NCBI RefSeq assembly: GCF_006345805.1
Contig: NC_043017.1
Span: 31,744,001-31,808,000 of the forward strand
Direction of reading: 5' to 3'
Length of the DNA: 64,000 nucleotides
From: Octopus sinensis
Lineage: Eukaryota
Each line of letters opens with the position of its first letter. Position 1 is the first letter of the stretch. A program made the position numbers and the translations under genes. Under the pieces are notes generated by a model. That model saw nothing but the letters and a program-made list of their open reading frames with translations. It did not search any database and was not told the DNA's origin. Positions 1-13,055 of this stretch are shown in pieces.

Positions 1-11
1 TGATGATGATG

Positions 12-63
<52 letters not shown>

Positions 64-81
64 GATGATGATGATGATGAT

Positions 82-130
<49 letters not shown>

Positions 131-455
131 GATGATGACGGTGATGATGATGTTGATGATGATGGTGATGATGATGATGATGATGATAGATGATGATGAT
201 GATGATGATGATGAGATGATGATGATGATGATGATGATGATGGATGATGGTGATGATGATGATGATGATGCCGATGACGATGATTATGATGATGATGATG
301 ATGATGATGTTGATGATGATGTTGATGAGATGATGATGATGTTGATGATGATGGTGATGGTGATGATGATGATGATGATGATGATAATGCCGATGATGAT
401 GATGCCGATGACGATGATATGATGATGATGATGATGATGATGTTGATGATGATGT

Positions 456-491
<36 letters not shown>

Positions 492-574
492 CGGTGATGA
501 TGATGATGATGATGGTGATGGTGATGATGATGATGATGATAATGCCGATGATGATGATGCCGATGACGATGATT

Positions 575-607
<33 letters not shown>

Positions 608-623
608 CTGTTGATGATGATGT

Positions 624-679
<56 letters not shown>

Positions 680-695
680 CTGTTGATGATGATGT

Positions 696-736
<41 letters not shown>

Positions 737-757
737 GTGATGGTGATGGTGATGATG

Positions 758-817
<60 letters not shown>

Positions 818-865
818 GTGATGATAATGCCGATGATGATGATGGTGATGATAATGCCGATGATG

Positions 866-897
<32 letters not shown>

Positions 898-949
898 GAT
901 GATGATGGTGATGATAATGCCGATGATGATGATGCCGATGACGATGATT

Positions 950-994
<45 letters not shown>

Positions 995-1029
995 GTGATG
1001 ATAATGCCGATGATGATGATGACGATGAC

Positions 1030-1061
<32 letters not shown>

Positions 1062-1250
1062 GATGATGATGATGATGATGGTGATGATGTGGATGATGAT
1101 GATGATGATGCTGTTGATGATATCAAAGGTAATGGTTATGATGATGATGGCAATGACATTGATGATGATGATGATGACGACAACAACTGCAATGATGATG
1201 ATAACTGTGACAGTAATATGATGATGATAATGATGATGTTGGTATTATCA
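1..1250. repeat. (TGA/GAT)n compound microsatellite, about 1.25 kb, with internal higher-order blocks
   Basis: Continuous GAT repeats; the variant block ggtgatgataatgccgatgatgat recurs near 355, 520, 815, 845, 905 and 995. The poly-M/D/H ORFs are artefacts of the repeat. Confidence 0.98.
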
Positions 1251-1487
1251 TTAACAGCCTCTTTAAAATTTCTTCCATGATGGATTGGTTTAATGTTAAG
1301 CTAATTTCCTATGGAAACAAGAGAGAAACGGTAAATTTGTTCTGAAGATAACATAGAGAGCAAATAAAATAATGCATGATGCATGTACCAAGAATGGCTA
1401 CCGAATGGCTTAATGGAATGATAGGAAATGTACAGAACAAGGTGTAAGAGCAGTATAACATGGTATATGAAGAACGTGGTATATGAA

Positions 1488-2083
1488 GGCGGCAAGCTGG
1501 CAGAACCGATAGCACACCAGGTGAAATACTTAGCAGTATTTTGTCTGGCGCTACGTTCTGAGTTCAAATTCCGCCAAAGTCGACTTTGCCTTTCATCCTT
1601 TCGGGGTCGATAAATTAAGTACCAGTTATGCACTGGGATCGATATAATCGACTTGATCCGTTTGTCTGTCCTTGTTTGTCTCCTCTGTGTTTAGCCCCTT
1701 GTGGATAGTAAAGAAATAGGTATTTCGTCTGTCGTTACGTTCTGAGTTCAAATTCCACCAAGGTTGACTTCACCTTTTATCCTTTCGGGGTCGATAAATT
1801 AAGTACCAGTTACACACTGGGGTCGATATAATCGACTTAATCCATTTGTCTGTCCTTGTCTGTCCCCTCTATGTTTAGCCCATTGTAGGTAGTAAAGCAA
1901 TAGGTATTTCCTCTGCAGTTACGTTGAGTTCAAATTCCGCCGAGGTTGACTTTACCTTTCATCCTTTCGGGGTCGATAATTTAAGTACCAGTTATGCACT
2001 GGGGTCGATATAATCGACTTAATTCATTTGTCTGTCCTTGTTTGTCTCCTCTGTGTTTAGCCCCTTGTGGATAGTAAAGAAAT
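1488..2083 (+). mobile_element. tRNA-derived SINE family A with a triplicated 184-bp body
   Basis: Head ggcggcaagctggcagaa; B-box-like gagttcaaattcc; central gactttgcctttcatcctttcggggtcgataaattaagtacca; unit restarts at ~1536, ~1720 and ~1904; flanking direct repeat ggtatatgaag. Confidence 0.9.
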
Positions 2084-2182
2084 AGGTATATGAAGAACAG
2101 TGTAGAATGATATGGAAACCAAGGTCCATATGGCCCTTGCAGTTCCATTTAAGACTGCAATAATTTGTTTATACTTCTAAGT

Positions 2183-2625
2183 ATGCAGGAGTAGCTGTGT
2201 GGTAAGAAGCCTGCTTCCAAGCCACATGGTTCCGGGTTCAGTCCCACTGCATGGCACCTTGGATAAATGCCTTCTACTATAGCCTTTGGCCAACTAAAGC
2301 CTTGTGAGTGGATTTGGTAAACGGAAACTGAAGGAAGCCCATTGTATATATGTGTGTGTGTGTGAGTGTGTGTGTGTGTGTGAGTGTGTGTGTGTGTGTG
2401 TGTATGCATGTAAATGTTTGTGTGTCTGTGTTTGTCCTCCCACTATTGCTTGGCAACCAATGCTGGTGTGTTGACGTACCTTGTAACTTAGCAGTTCAGC
2501 AAAAGAAACCAACAGAATAAGTACTAGTCTTACAAAGAATAAATGCTAGGGTCGATTTGCTTGACTAAAGGTGGTGCTCCAGCATGGCCACAGTCCAGTG
2601 ACTTGACTGAAACAAACAAAAGAAT
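2183..2625 (+). mobile_element. tRNA-derived SINE family B (internal microsatellite)
   Basis: A-box-like tagctgtgtggt, B-box-like ggttcagtccc, internal (TG)n, tail ggtgctccagcatggccacagtc...actgaaacaa. Confidence 0.9.
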
Positions 2626-2940
2626 AAAAGAATAAAACATTTGAACTATTTTGATACAATTCCTAAAAATATTTAAAGGGCTATGAGGGTTCACCTGAGT
2701 AAAACAGGACTCAAAGGGATCAATCATCATCGTCATTATAATCAGCAGCAGTATTTAATGTTTGTTTTCTAGGCTGGCATGAGTGGGGTGATCTGGCAAG
2801 AGCTGAGCAGACAGAAAACTGCCCCAGGCCTCACTATTTTGGGATGGTTTATTTTATGGCTGGATGCCCTTCCAAATACCGGCTCCTCCTCCAACAGAGT
2901 GAACTGAGTGCTTTTTACGTGGCATGAACACAGGTGAGGT

Positions 2941-3832
2941 CAGTTTTGACATGGTTCTAACAGCTAGATGCCCTTCCATGTGCCAACCACTTTACAGTGT
3001 GGAATGGATGCTTTTTACATCACACCAGCACTGGCAGGGTCACTGAATAACCTACAAGACAAAGATCCTTTCAGAGGGGTGGGGACATTGGAAGAGGTGG
3101 CCTGGTGCCAGACGAAAAAAGGTGAGAATGTGACAGAGAGAATAGTGGCTCTTCAGTTTTTCTAAGCCCTGTAGAACTTGGAAGGTTGGACCTCCAACCA
3201 AACCTTTCATGATACCCTTAAAGCCAAGAACTGTTCAGCACTCAGAAAATACGAAACATTTTTCAATCCTTTTCTTCTAATTTTGTTCAATAGTTTAGTC
3301 TACAACATTTTATTTTCAAGGCCTCCAAGAATGAGACAAAATTGTGCTATGATTGAAAAACATGCAGTGACCTCAACTAAAGATAGCAATGACTATAGGT
3401 ATGTTGAAATAAATCTGTTATCTACTTAATGGATGAAAGTCTTATTCCAAGATCTCTGATAACTTCCAGTAATAGTTCCATTCTTACCATTCATTCACAC
3501 CATTCTGCACAATTTCTAAAACACCATTCTGCATAATTCTTACATTTCATTCTTCATTAATGATAAACCCTTCTTTTATGTCCTTTTTCACTGTTCTTGA
3601 AACGAGATTCTACATCAAAGTTTCTCAACTATTCCCTCTGTCACACTCTCACCTTTTTTCGTCTGGCACCAGGCCACCTCTTCCAATGTCCCCACCCCTC
3701 TGAAAGGATCTTTGTCTTGTAAGTTATTCGGTGACCCTGCCAGTGCTGGTGTGACGTAAAAAGCATCCACTCCACACTGTAAAGTGGTTGGCATATGGAA
3801 GGGCATCTAGCTGTGAGAACCATGTCAAAACT
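2941..3832. repeat. Inverted duplication of about 200 bp (arms ~2941-3145 and ~3628-3832)
   Basis: Opposite-strand ORFs 2968-3165(+) and 3615-3806(-) translate almost identically. The arms include an RTE 3'UTR-type motif (gatgcccttcc...ccaaccac). Confidence 0.9.
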
Positions 3833-4975
3833 GAAGAGCCACTGCAATATGTGTGTTGATTAAACCATAATTAACCGATCCTCCTGTATTTTCTTTTACC
3901 CAAAACCAGGAACCTTTCAGCACCTTCTCATATAAGCTAATGTAGCATAAACATGCAGTGCAAACATTCCACTCTCTTACCAAATTCTGGTGCTGTTCAC
4001 ATGGAGTTTTTGTTCCTTCAAAGTTACCTTGGCATATAAGTCGACCTACATATTTTGGCTGTAAGTCTTGGTCAGAAAAATTCCAATTTGTGTGCCATAA
4101 AATGCAATACGAGCAATAAACGAGAGTTGAAGAAGAAATATCTTGTAAAGCAAACACAATAAATGAGTAGACTTACAGAAATCACGATTGCACACCACAA
4201 AGTCAGGCCTGCAGCTTCAGACTTCAGCTTAACTAACACACTAATCAATATTAGAGTAATGGTTCCCCAAAAGCACTTTATTATGGACCTCTAAGTCATT
4301 ATGAAATGTGTTGGAGTTTGTGATTAGATTACAAATAAAATAAGTATAAAAGGCTTATGATCCAAAATTACTTGTCATAAGTTGCACCTCAGGGCCATAA
4401 ACTAGTATTAGATCATTTAACTGAGAACGGAAATAGTAATAATACTATATAATATAATTAATAATAATAAAAATTTTCCCCGCTGATGCAAGTGTACAAC
4501 ATTAATGACATAATTACGCAGAGCCTAAATTGCTCTCAATAGCCATTTATCTATTCATAGCTTTCTCAGTGTCTACCGAATTACAGAGAGTCATGAGATA
4601 TTGGCAAAAGTTATTGTACTTTCTCTGCAAACTCAGAGCGTTGATTGTCTGTTTTGACCAACTTATGGGAAGGACACTTGCATATATAATACAGCGTGTC
4701 GAAAATCATTAATTAACTGTGATAAACCATGCAATTAGTAGACAAAAACGCCCACCTGCTCTAAATATAACCAGATCTAACTGCAACAAAAAGGGAGATA
4801 ACTATTGTAAGATCAGTGAAGTGAAATTTTAGTAAATACAGTAAATGCTATACAAGAGTGATTTGGAGTGGATCTGGTCTATAAAACCAATTGGTGAATG
4901 CAATGGAATGGACTTATTTCTGTCTTATTAGATTTCTTCACTAAAATAGTGACTAATGTAGTCCTTCATACACAT

Positions 4976-5800
4976 AGGCGCAGGAGTGGCTGTGTGGTAA
5001 GTAGCTTGTTTACCAACCACATGGTTCCGGGTTCAGTCCCACTGCGGGGCACCTTGGACAAGTGTCTTCTACTATAGCCTCGGTCCGACCAAAGCCTTGT
5101 GAGTGGATTTCGTAGACGGAAATCAAAAGAAGCCCGTCGTATATATATGTATATACTCTCTTTTACTCTTTACTCTTTTACTTGTTTCAGTCATTTGACT
5201 GTGGCCATGCTGGAGCACCGCCTTTAATCGAGCAACTCGACCCCGGGACTTATTCTTTGTAAGCCCAGTACTTATTCTATCGGTCTCTTTTTGCCAAACC
5301 GCTAAGTAACGGGGACATAAACACACCAGCATCGGTTGTCAAGCAATGCTAGGGGACAAACACAGACACACAAACACACACACGCATATATATATATATA
5401 CATATATACGACGGGCTTCTTTCAGTTTCCGTCTACCAAATCCACTCACAAGGCTTTGGTCAGCCCGAGGCTATAGTAGAAGACACTTGCCCAAGGTGCC
5501 ACACAGTGGGACTGAACCCGGAACCATGTGGTTGATAGACAAGCTACTTACCACACAGCCACAAATATATATGTGCGTGTATGTTTGTGTGTCTGTGTTT
5601 GTCCCCCCAGCATCGCTTGACAATTGATGCTGGTGTGTTTATGTCCCCGTCACTTAGCGGTTCGGCAAAAGAGACCGATAGAATAAGTACTAGGCTTACA
5701 AAGAATAAGTCTCGGGGTCAAGTTGCTCGATTAAAGGCGGTGCTCCAGCATGGCCACAGTCAAATGACTGAAACAAGTAAAGGAGTAAAAGATTAAAAGA
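4976..5800. mobile_element. Nested SINE B: minus-strand copy (~5156-5561) inserted into the internal microsatellite of a plus-strand copy
   Basis: Plus head 4976-5150, complete inverted copy, then plus tail 5570-5800. Confidence 0.88.
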
Positions 5801-6171
5801 GTAGTAATCATTCTCAAATTATATTGTATCTGTGTAAAAAGAAAAGAACAGTCTTTGATACCCTTTATCTAGGAATTTGTGGACAGCACAAATTGAAATC
5901 CTTATGTCTGAGACATATTTGATCATAGATTTAGAGTCACACAACAAGAACAATATCACACTAAGTTCTTTTGCACAAGAGAAGAACTGAAAGAGGCTTC
6001 AAGTTGATGACCAAATTCATGAAAGAATGAATCACAGCTGCCCCAGTAGCACAACAGTTAGCTTGTCATAAATTATAGACAGTACACTGTATAGAGAGTA
6101 GAAACCAGGAGATATGTGAGGGTTATGAGTTTGAGTCTCACCAAGGGCAGATTTTTCTTTTTTTTTTTTAT

Positions 6172-7125
6172 AGGCACAGGTGTGACTGTGTGGTAAGGAT
6201 CTTGCTTGCCAACCACATGGTCCTGGGTTCAGTCCCATTGCATGGTAACTTACGCAAGTGTCTTCTATAGCCTCAGGCAAATTATAGACTTGTGAGTGGA
6301 TTTGGTAGAAGGAAATTGAAAGAAACCCACATATATGTATGCATGCATGTATGTATGTATGTATATATGTATGGATGTATGTATGTATGTGTGTATGTAT
6401 GTGTGTGTGTATGTATGTATGTATGTATGTATGTATGTATATATGTATTTGTATGCATGTAAGTATGTGTGTATGTATGTATGTATGTATTTGCATGCAT
6501 GTATGTATTTATTTATGTATGTATGTATGTGTGTGTGTATGTATGTATGTATGTATGTGTGAATGTATGTGTGTGTGTATGTATGCATGTATGTATGTAT
6601 GTATGTATGTATGTATGCATGTATGTATGTATGTATGTATGTATGTGTGAATGTATGTGTGTGTGTATGTATGTATGCATGTATGTGTATGTATGTATGT
6701 ATGTATGTAGTATGTATGTATGTATGTAATGTATGTATGAATGTATGTATGTATGTATGCATGTATGTGTGAATGTATGTGTGTGTGTATGTGTGAATGT
6801 ATGAATGTTTGTATGTATGTATGTATGTATGTATGTATGTATGTATGTATGTATGAATGTATGTATGTATGTATGCATGTATGTATGTATGTATGTATGT
6901 ATGTATGTTTGTATGTATGTATGCATGTATGTATGTTTGTATGTGTGAATGTATGTATGTATGTATGTATGTATGTATGTATGTATGTATGTATGTATGT
7001 ATGTATGTATGTATGTGTGTGTGTATGTATGTATGTATGTATGTATGTATGTATGCATGTATGTATGTATGTATGCATGTATGTGTATCTGTGTGTGTGT
7101 GTCATTGTTTGTCCCCCATCACAGC
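6172..7125 (+). mobile_element. SINE B head whose internal microsatellite has expanded to about 770 bp of (ATGT)n
   Basis: Head ggcacaggtgtgactgtgtggtaag...aaagaaaccc, (ATGT)n ~6335-7100, then the SINE body resumes at tgtttgtccccc. Confidence 0.85.
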
Positions 7126-7276
7126 TTCACAACTGTAACTCAGTTCACACAGCAAGTAGAAATTAGTCATTTTGCAAGACTGATATCCGATCCAGTGAAG
7201 AAAACTTTAGATACCACACAATCCAGAAAACCAGCCTTGTGTATCAATGGATTGGGAAGGACCTTTGATGCATTGG

Positions 7277-7775
7277 ATTTCCAATAAGAAAGCTGTGCAG
7301 GAGAGAAGACTGTGCTGGTTTGGTCATGTGATATGGATGGATGAAGACAGCTCCATAAAGAAGTGCCAGGAACTCATGGAAGGAGGAAACCAAAGAAGAC
7401 ATGGGACAAAGTACTGAAGGTGACCCTCAGAACGCCAAACCCTTCAGATGAGATGACCAAGAATCAAAATACCTGACATTTTGCTGTGCTGAAGAAAATC
7501 TCCACCCTCCACAATAGAAGTGTTAGGGTTGCATATCCTGGTTAAGAGGATTGGTCTGCAAGAATCCTGCACTGGTGCCACATAAAATGCACTTACACTG
7601 GCGCCATACAATAAGCACTCATGTGCCATGTATTAGTGTGTGTGCTGGTGTCACATTAAAAGCATTCAGTACACACAGTGAAGTTGTTTGCATTAGGAAG
7701 GGCCCCCAAGTGCTGACACCAAGCCAAATCAGACTGGAACCTCATGCAGCTCTCTGGCTTACCAGCTTGGGTCAA
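7277..7775 (+). pseudogene. Degenerate RTE LINE 3' end (ORF C-terminus and 3'UTR)
   Basis: Translates VQERRLCWFGHVIWMDEDSSIKKC..KKTWDKV, homologous to the C-terminus of the 11222-12556 ORF. Confidence 0.8.
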
Positions 7776-7789
7776 ACCTATTTCTTTAC

Positions 7790-8008
7790 TACCCACAAGG
7801 GGCTAAACACAGAGGGGACAAACAAGGACAGACAAATGGATTAAGTCGATTACATCGACCCCAGTATGTAACTGGTACTTATTTAATCGACCCCGAAAGG
7901 ATGAAATGCAAAGTTGACCTTGGTGGATTTCAAATTCAGAACGTAACTGCAGATGAAATACGGCTACACATTTCGCCCTGCATGCTAACGTTTCTGCCAG
8001 CTCGCCAC
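7790..8008 (-). mobile_element. SINE family A
   Basis: Reverse complement of the family A consensus (cccgaaaggatgaaatgcaaagttgacc). Confidence 0.88.
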
Positions 8009-8174
8009 AAACCATCCAACCTATGCCAGCTTGGGAAATGGATGTTAAAGGATAGTGATGATTATGAAGGCTAATAAGTATCATTTAGAGGGATGTGCAT
8101 CAGCTAAATGCATGGGTATCTTCAGTTAGTTTAAACTTTCTGCTTTCTACATTTGAACTGCCAAACCCAAAGAT

Positions 8175-8440
8175 GACATCATCATCATCATCATTGTTTA
8201 ATGTCTGCCTTCCATGCTGGCATGAATTGGACGGTTTGACAGGAGCTGGCCAGGCTTGAACCTGCAGCAGACATCTGTGTCTGTTTTGGCAGGGCTTTTG
8301 TGACTGAATGCCCTTCCTAGCACCAACCACTCTGCAGAGTGGACTGAGTGGTTTTTTATGCAGTACAAACACAGGTGAGGTCAGTTTTGGCAAGGTTTTT
8401 ACAGCTGGATGCCATTCCAAATGCCAGCCACTTTACAGTG
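8175..8440 (-). mobile_element. RTE 3'UTR-type short element with (GAT)n tail
   Basis: (CAT)n followed by ttccatgctggcatg...gaatgcccttcctagcaccaaccac. Confidence 0.75.
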
Positions 8441-8892
8441 TGGACTGAGATAGGATCTCGTATCTATAACAGAACGAGTCGATATAAAAATTACGGATAC
8501 AGTGTAGCATATTAACATTTGTCACTTCATTATCAATATAGACATGTGAAAGCAGAACAATATTATGGAGAGGTTGTTTATAATTTTATTGTCTAATTAT
8601 AGTTGTTTAAAGTATTTGCTATTCATACATACATACATACATACACTTGCACACATAAGTATATATATATACTTATACATACATAAACACATATGTCTGT
8701 CTGTATGTATGTATGTATGTTTGAATGTTTGTAGAGATATACATACATACATGTTGTGTATCATACATACATATGTATATGTATACATACATACATATAG
8801 ATATACATATATATATATATATACATATAGATATACATACACACATACATATAGATATACATACATGCACACATAAGTATATATATATAATA

Positions 8893-8923
<31 letters not shown>

Positions 8924-10163
8924 TTATACATATATAAACACTTATGTATGTATGTTTGTATGTAAGTATATATATATGTATTTATGTTTGTATAGATATG
9001 TGTGTATGTATATAGGCATTATTCTTTCAGTATATTTTTCAATACTTTTCAATAAAAAGAAGTAAAGTGGACCGGAATTTTCTCGCAGACAATTACATGT
9101 TACCGTTTCTAGTGTTTGTTTATTTCTTCATATTAAAAGCTAAAAATAACAGATGACAATTCACAAACCAGAAGAAGAATTTTTCGAAAAAACATACAAC
9201 AAAAGACACAGTCGTCACAGGCCCTCCTTCTCCTGCAAACCACATCTTTTGTTATGAAGACTACCCCTTCAGTATTGCCTGTGTCAACTTGACACCATCT
9301 TAAGTGTCAAATACTTTAGAATAATATCTATTCTAAAAGAAACTTTGTGTTTCATTGTCCTCTAATAAACTTCAGCACTCTCAGAGCTCTCAAAATAATT
9401 GTGGAATTTTCACAGGTACCTCTAGTGTGTATTTATTTCAATGTATAGTTTGATTATATTTTCAAGTGTTTCTTCATTAAAGCTGTACTTATAAGTTATT
9501 GTATTATAATGTTAATCTGATTCTTTTCAATTTTGTTGAGCCGTTTGACTAAACGCTTTGCACAAAAGAATTATTTTCATAGTCGATATAAAATATTCAT
9601 CTATATGATTACAAGCACAAATACTCACATACACACAAAGACTCACATACACATACACACACATGCATACACATATATATATATATATACACACAGAAAA
9701 TACATACTTATAGGCTCGTACCCAAAATGACTAGAAGGCAAGAAATCGGGAAAGAGGGGGGGAAGGAGGACAAAGAAGATGTTGCCAAAGGAAAGAAAAA
9801 CAACTGAATAAAAGACAAAAACAACGAAAACAAAGCTAAAGAGGAGGAAGAGGAGAAGGAGGAGAAAATAAGGAGGAGAGAAGGAAAACGAAGGAAAGCG
9901 AAGGAAAAACGAAGGAAAGAATGAAAAGTGAAACTTTTACAGCCAGCTCATACTAATGAAAGGAAAGATTGCTGCAAGCAATCTCAAACTCCTATCTAAG
10001 GCTTCAGAGAGATCAAATAGATGTTTGCTGAATGTTAATGAAATAATCTTTGGCTTTACATAGAAATGCACCACCTTCGTATACTATCACACAGAATCGA
10101 ATAATACTCGCAGAGAAACAGAGAGAAATACATACAGACACTGAGAGAGAGACACACACACAC

Positions 10164-10221
<58 letters not shown>

Positions 10222-10358
10222 GCAGAAATACATACACATAGATTCCGACGTAATTGTAACCAGAATAGGACATTTTAATACACAAACAAATAGATAGAGG
10301 TTAATATATTAACATATATCGAATATAACTTCACTCCTAAAATGATCCACACACTTAT

Positions 10359-10416
<58 letters not shown>

Positions 10417-10605
10417 ACACAAACAAGTGCATGCATGCACACATAAGCACGTACAAACACACATCTCCTCAAATCCAAATACATATCGACATTCAAGAAT
10501 ATTATTCATCCATGCACACACATGCTTACGTGCATATACAAATATGCACATACAAGTGCATGTATGAGTATGTGGTGGTGTGTATATATATATATATATA
10601 TATAT

Positions 10606-12580
10606 CATCATCATCATCATCATCATCATCATTTAGCGTCCGTTTTCCATGCTAGCATGGGTTGGACGGTTCTACTGGGGTCTGTGAAGCCAGAAGGCTT
10701 CATCAGGCCCAGTCAAATCTGGCAGTGTTTCTACGGCTGGATGCCCTTCCTAACGCCAACCACTCCGTGAGTGTAGTGGGTGCTTTTTACGTGCCACCCG
10801 CACTGGTGCCAGGCAGGGCTGGCAAACGGCCACGAACGGATGGTGCTTTTTATGTGCCACCGGCACGAGGGCCAGGCGAGGCTGGCAACGGACACGAAAC
10901 GGGGCGGTGCTGGCAATGGTCGCGAAACGGAAAGTTCTCTTACATGCCACCGGCACTGGTAACACATCTGCAATTTCCATTGATCGATTTCCATTGATCG
11001 ATTTCGATTCTGATCCTCACTTGCCTCAATGGGTCTTCACAAGCAGAGTTTCGACATGCCACCGGCACTGGTAGCACATCCGCAATTTCCATTGATCGAT
11101 TTCGATTCTGATCCTCACTTGCCTCAACACATCTTCACAAGTAGAGTTTTGTGTCCCAAGAAGGGAAGGTATGCATACGTAGGCTGGCTCCATCCCATGT
11201 AGAAGGCCACGGGTTGTGGACTCACTTGTCCTGCCGGGTCTTCTCGCGCACAGCACACTTCCAGAGGTCTCGGTCTCTAGTCATTTCCTCAGTGAGACCT
11301 AAAGTTCGAAGGTCGTGCTTCACCACCTCGTCCCAGGTTTTCCTGGGTCTGCCTCTTCCACAGGTTCCCTCAACCGCTAGGGTGTGGCACTTTTTCACAC
11401 AACTATCTTCATCCATTCTCGCCACATGACCATACCAGCGCAAACGTCTCTCTTGCACACCACCACTGATGCTTCTTAGGTCCAGCTTTTCTCTCAAGGT
11501 ACTTACACTCTGCCGAGTGTGAGTACCGGCATTACACATCCATCGGAGCATACTGGCTTCATTTCTAGCGAGCTTACGCATATCCTCAGCAGTCACGGCC
11601 CATGTTTCACTGCCATGTAGCATGGCTGTTCGTACACACGCATCATACAGTCTGCCTTTCACTCTGTGCGAGAGGCCTTTTGTCACCAGCAGAGGTAAGA
11701 GCTCTCTGAACTTTGCCCAAGCTATTCTTACTCTAGCAGTTACACTTTCAGCACACCCACCCCCGCTGCTGACTTGGTCACCTAGGTAACGGAAACTATC
11801 AACTATTTCTAGTTTTTCTCCCTGGAAAGTGACGGAAGTTGGTCTCAGAGCATTTTCAGTGTTTATTGTTCCTGAGCATCTGCCACATACAAAAACCATC
11901 TTCCTAGTTAGCCTTCCTTTGACATTGCTGCATCTCTTATGTGTCCATAGCTTACACTTGGTGCATCTTATAGAGTTTCTACCTACACCTTTTCTACAGA
12001 TCGAGCAGGGCCATCTACCTGAAGGTGTTTGTGATTTGTCTACCTTCCTACTGATTACGACTTTGGTTTTAGCTAGATTGACTCTGAGGCCCTTCGATTC
12101 TAATCCTTGTTTCCACACCTGAAACTTCTCCTCCAGTTCTGATAGCGACTCAGCAATTAGAGCAAGGTCATCAGCATAGAGGAGCTCCCAAGGGCATCCT
12201 GTCTTGAATTCCTCCGTTATTGCCTGGAGGACTATGATAAATAGGAGGGGGCTGAGTACTGAGCCTTGGTGGACCCCTACCTCTACCCGGAATTCTTCAC
12301 TGTACTCATTTCCAACCCTCACCCTACTAGCGGCGTCCCTATACATGGCCCGCACAGCTCTCACTAACCATTCATCTATCCCTAGTTTTCTCATTGCCCA
12401 CCAGATAAGGGATCGGGGGACCCTGTCGAAGGCTTTCTCCATGTCAACAAAAGCCAGGTACAGGGGCTTATCTTTGGCTAGGTATTTCTCCTGCAGCTGC
12501 CTTACCAGGAATATAGCATCAGTAGTACTTTTCCCTGGCACAAACCCAAACTGCATCTCATCTAAACTAACTCTCTCTCT
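10606..12580 (-). mobile_element. 5'-truncated RTE-clade LINE, relatively young copy
   Basis: (GAT)n tail at 10606-10632, 3'UTR with tandem ggtgctttttacgtgccaccggcac motifs, open RT frame, truncation at ~12580. Confidence 0.93.
11222..12556 (-). CDS. Partial RTE-type reverse transcriptase with an inserted C4HC3 zinc finger
   Basis: Motifs QFGF, FVDMEKAFD, GVHQGSVLSPLLF, YADD (12178), FRYLG, YGSETW-like HGSETW, RLRWYGHV, RGRPRKTW; no stop over 444 aa. The frame continues a few codons upstream to the truncation point. Confidence 0.93.
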   Translation of the reverse strand: MQFGFVPGKSTTDAIFLVRQLQEKYLAKDKPLYLAFVDMEKAFDRVPRSLIWWAMRKLGIDEWLVRAVRAMYRDAASRVRVGNEYSEEFRVEVGVHQGSVLSPLLFIIVLQAITEEFKTGCPWELLYADDLALIAESLSELEEKFQVWKQGLESKGLRVNLAKTKVVISRKVDKSQTPSGRWPCSICRKGVGRNSIRCTKCKLWTHKRCSNVKGRLTRKMVFVCGRCSGTINTENALRPTSVTFQGEKLEIVDSFRYLGDQVSSGGGCAESVTARVRIAWAKFRELLPLLVTKGLSHRVKGRLYDACVRTAMLHGSETWAVTAEDMRKLARNEASMLRWMCNAGTHTRQSVSTLREKLDLRSISGGVQERRLRWYGHVARMDEDSCVKKCHTLAVEGTCGRGRPRKTWDEVVKHDLRTLGLTEEMTRDRDLWKCAVREKTRQDK

Positions 12581-12594
12581 AATATATATATATA

Positions 12595-12722
12595 TTAGTC
12601 ATACGATATAGTGTATATTTAAACACATAAGGAATCCACTTGTAGGGAATTCAACACGCTAGAGAATTCCCTATAAGTGGATTATTTCTTGTGTTTAAAT
12701 ATACACTATACCGTATGACTAA
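12595..12722. repeat. Inverted repeat, ~58-bp arms with an 11-nt loop, next to (TA)n
   Basis: ttagtcatacgatatagtgtatatttaaacac...gggaattc versus gaattccc...gtgtttaaatatacactataccgtatgactaa. Confidence 0.9.
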
Positions 12723-12844
12723 GATATAGTCTTTTTGACTAATTTTTTTGTTACGCGTTAGACCACTGGAAATGTAAATTTTGATTGAATGTTTTAATTT
12801 TAATTAAATTCCATTTCCCTTTGACATGATTATATACAAACTTA

Positions 12845-13001
12845 TGGAGTGGCTGTGTGGTAAGTAGCTTGCTAACCAACCACATGGTTACGGGTTCAGT
12901 CCCACTGCATGGCATCTTGGGCAAGTGTCTTCTGCTATAGCCTCGGGCCGACCAATGCCTTGTGAGTGGATTTGGTAGACAGAAACTGAAAGAAGCCTGT
13001 C

Positions 13002-13055
<54 letters not shown>

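Noticed and set aside
81-1126. Long poly-Met/His/Asp ORFs
   Set aside because: Translations of the (GAT)n repeat; no splice or domain evidence.
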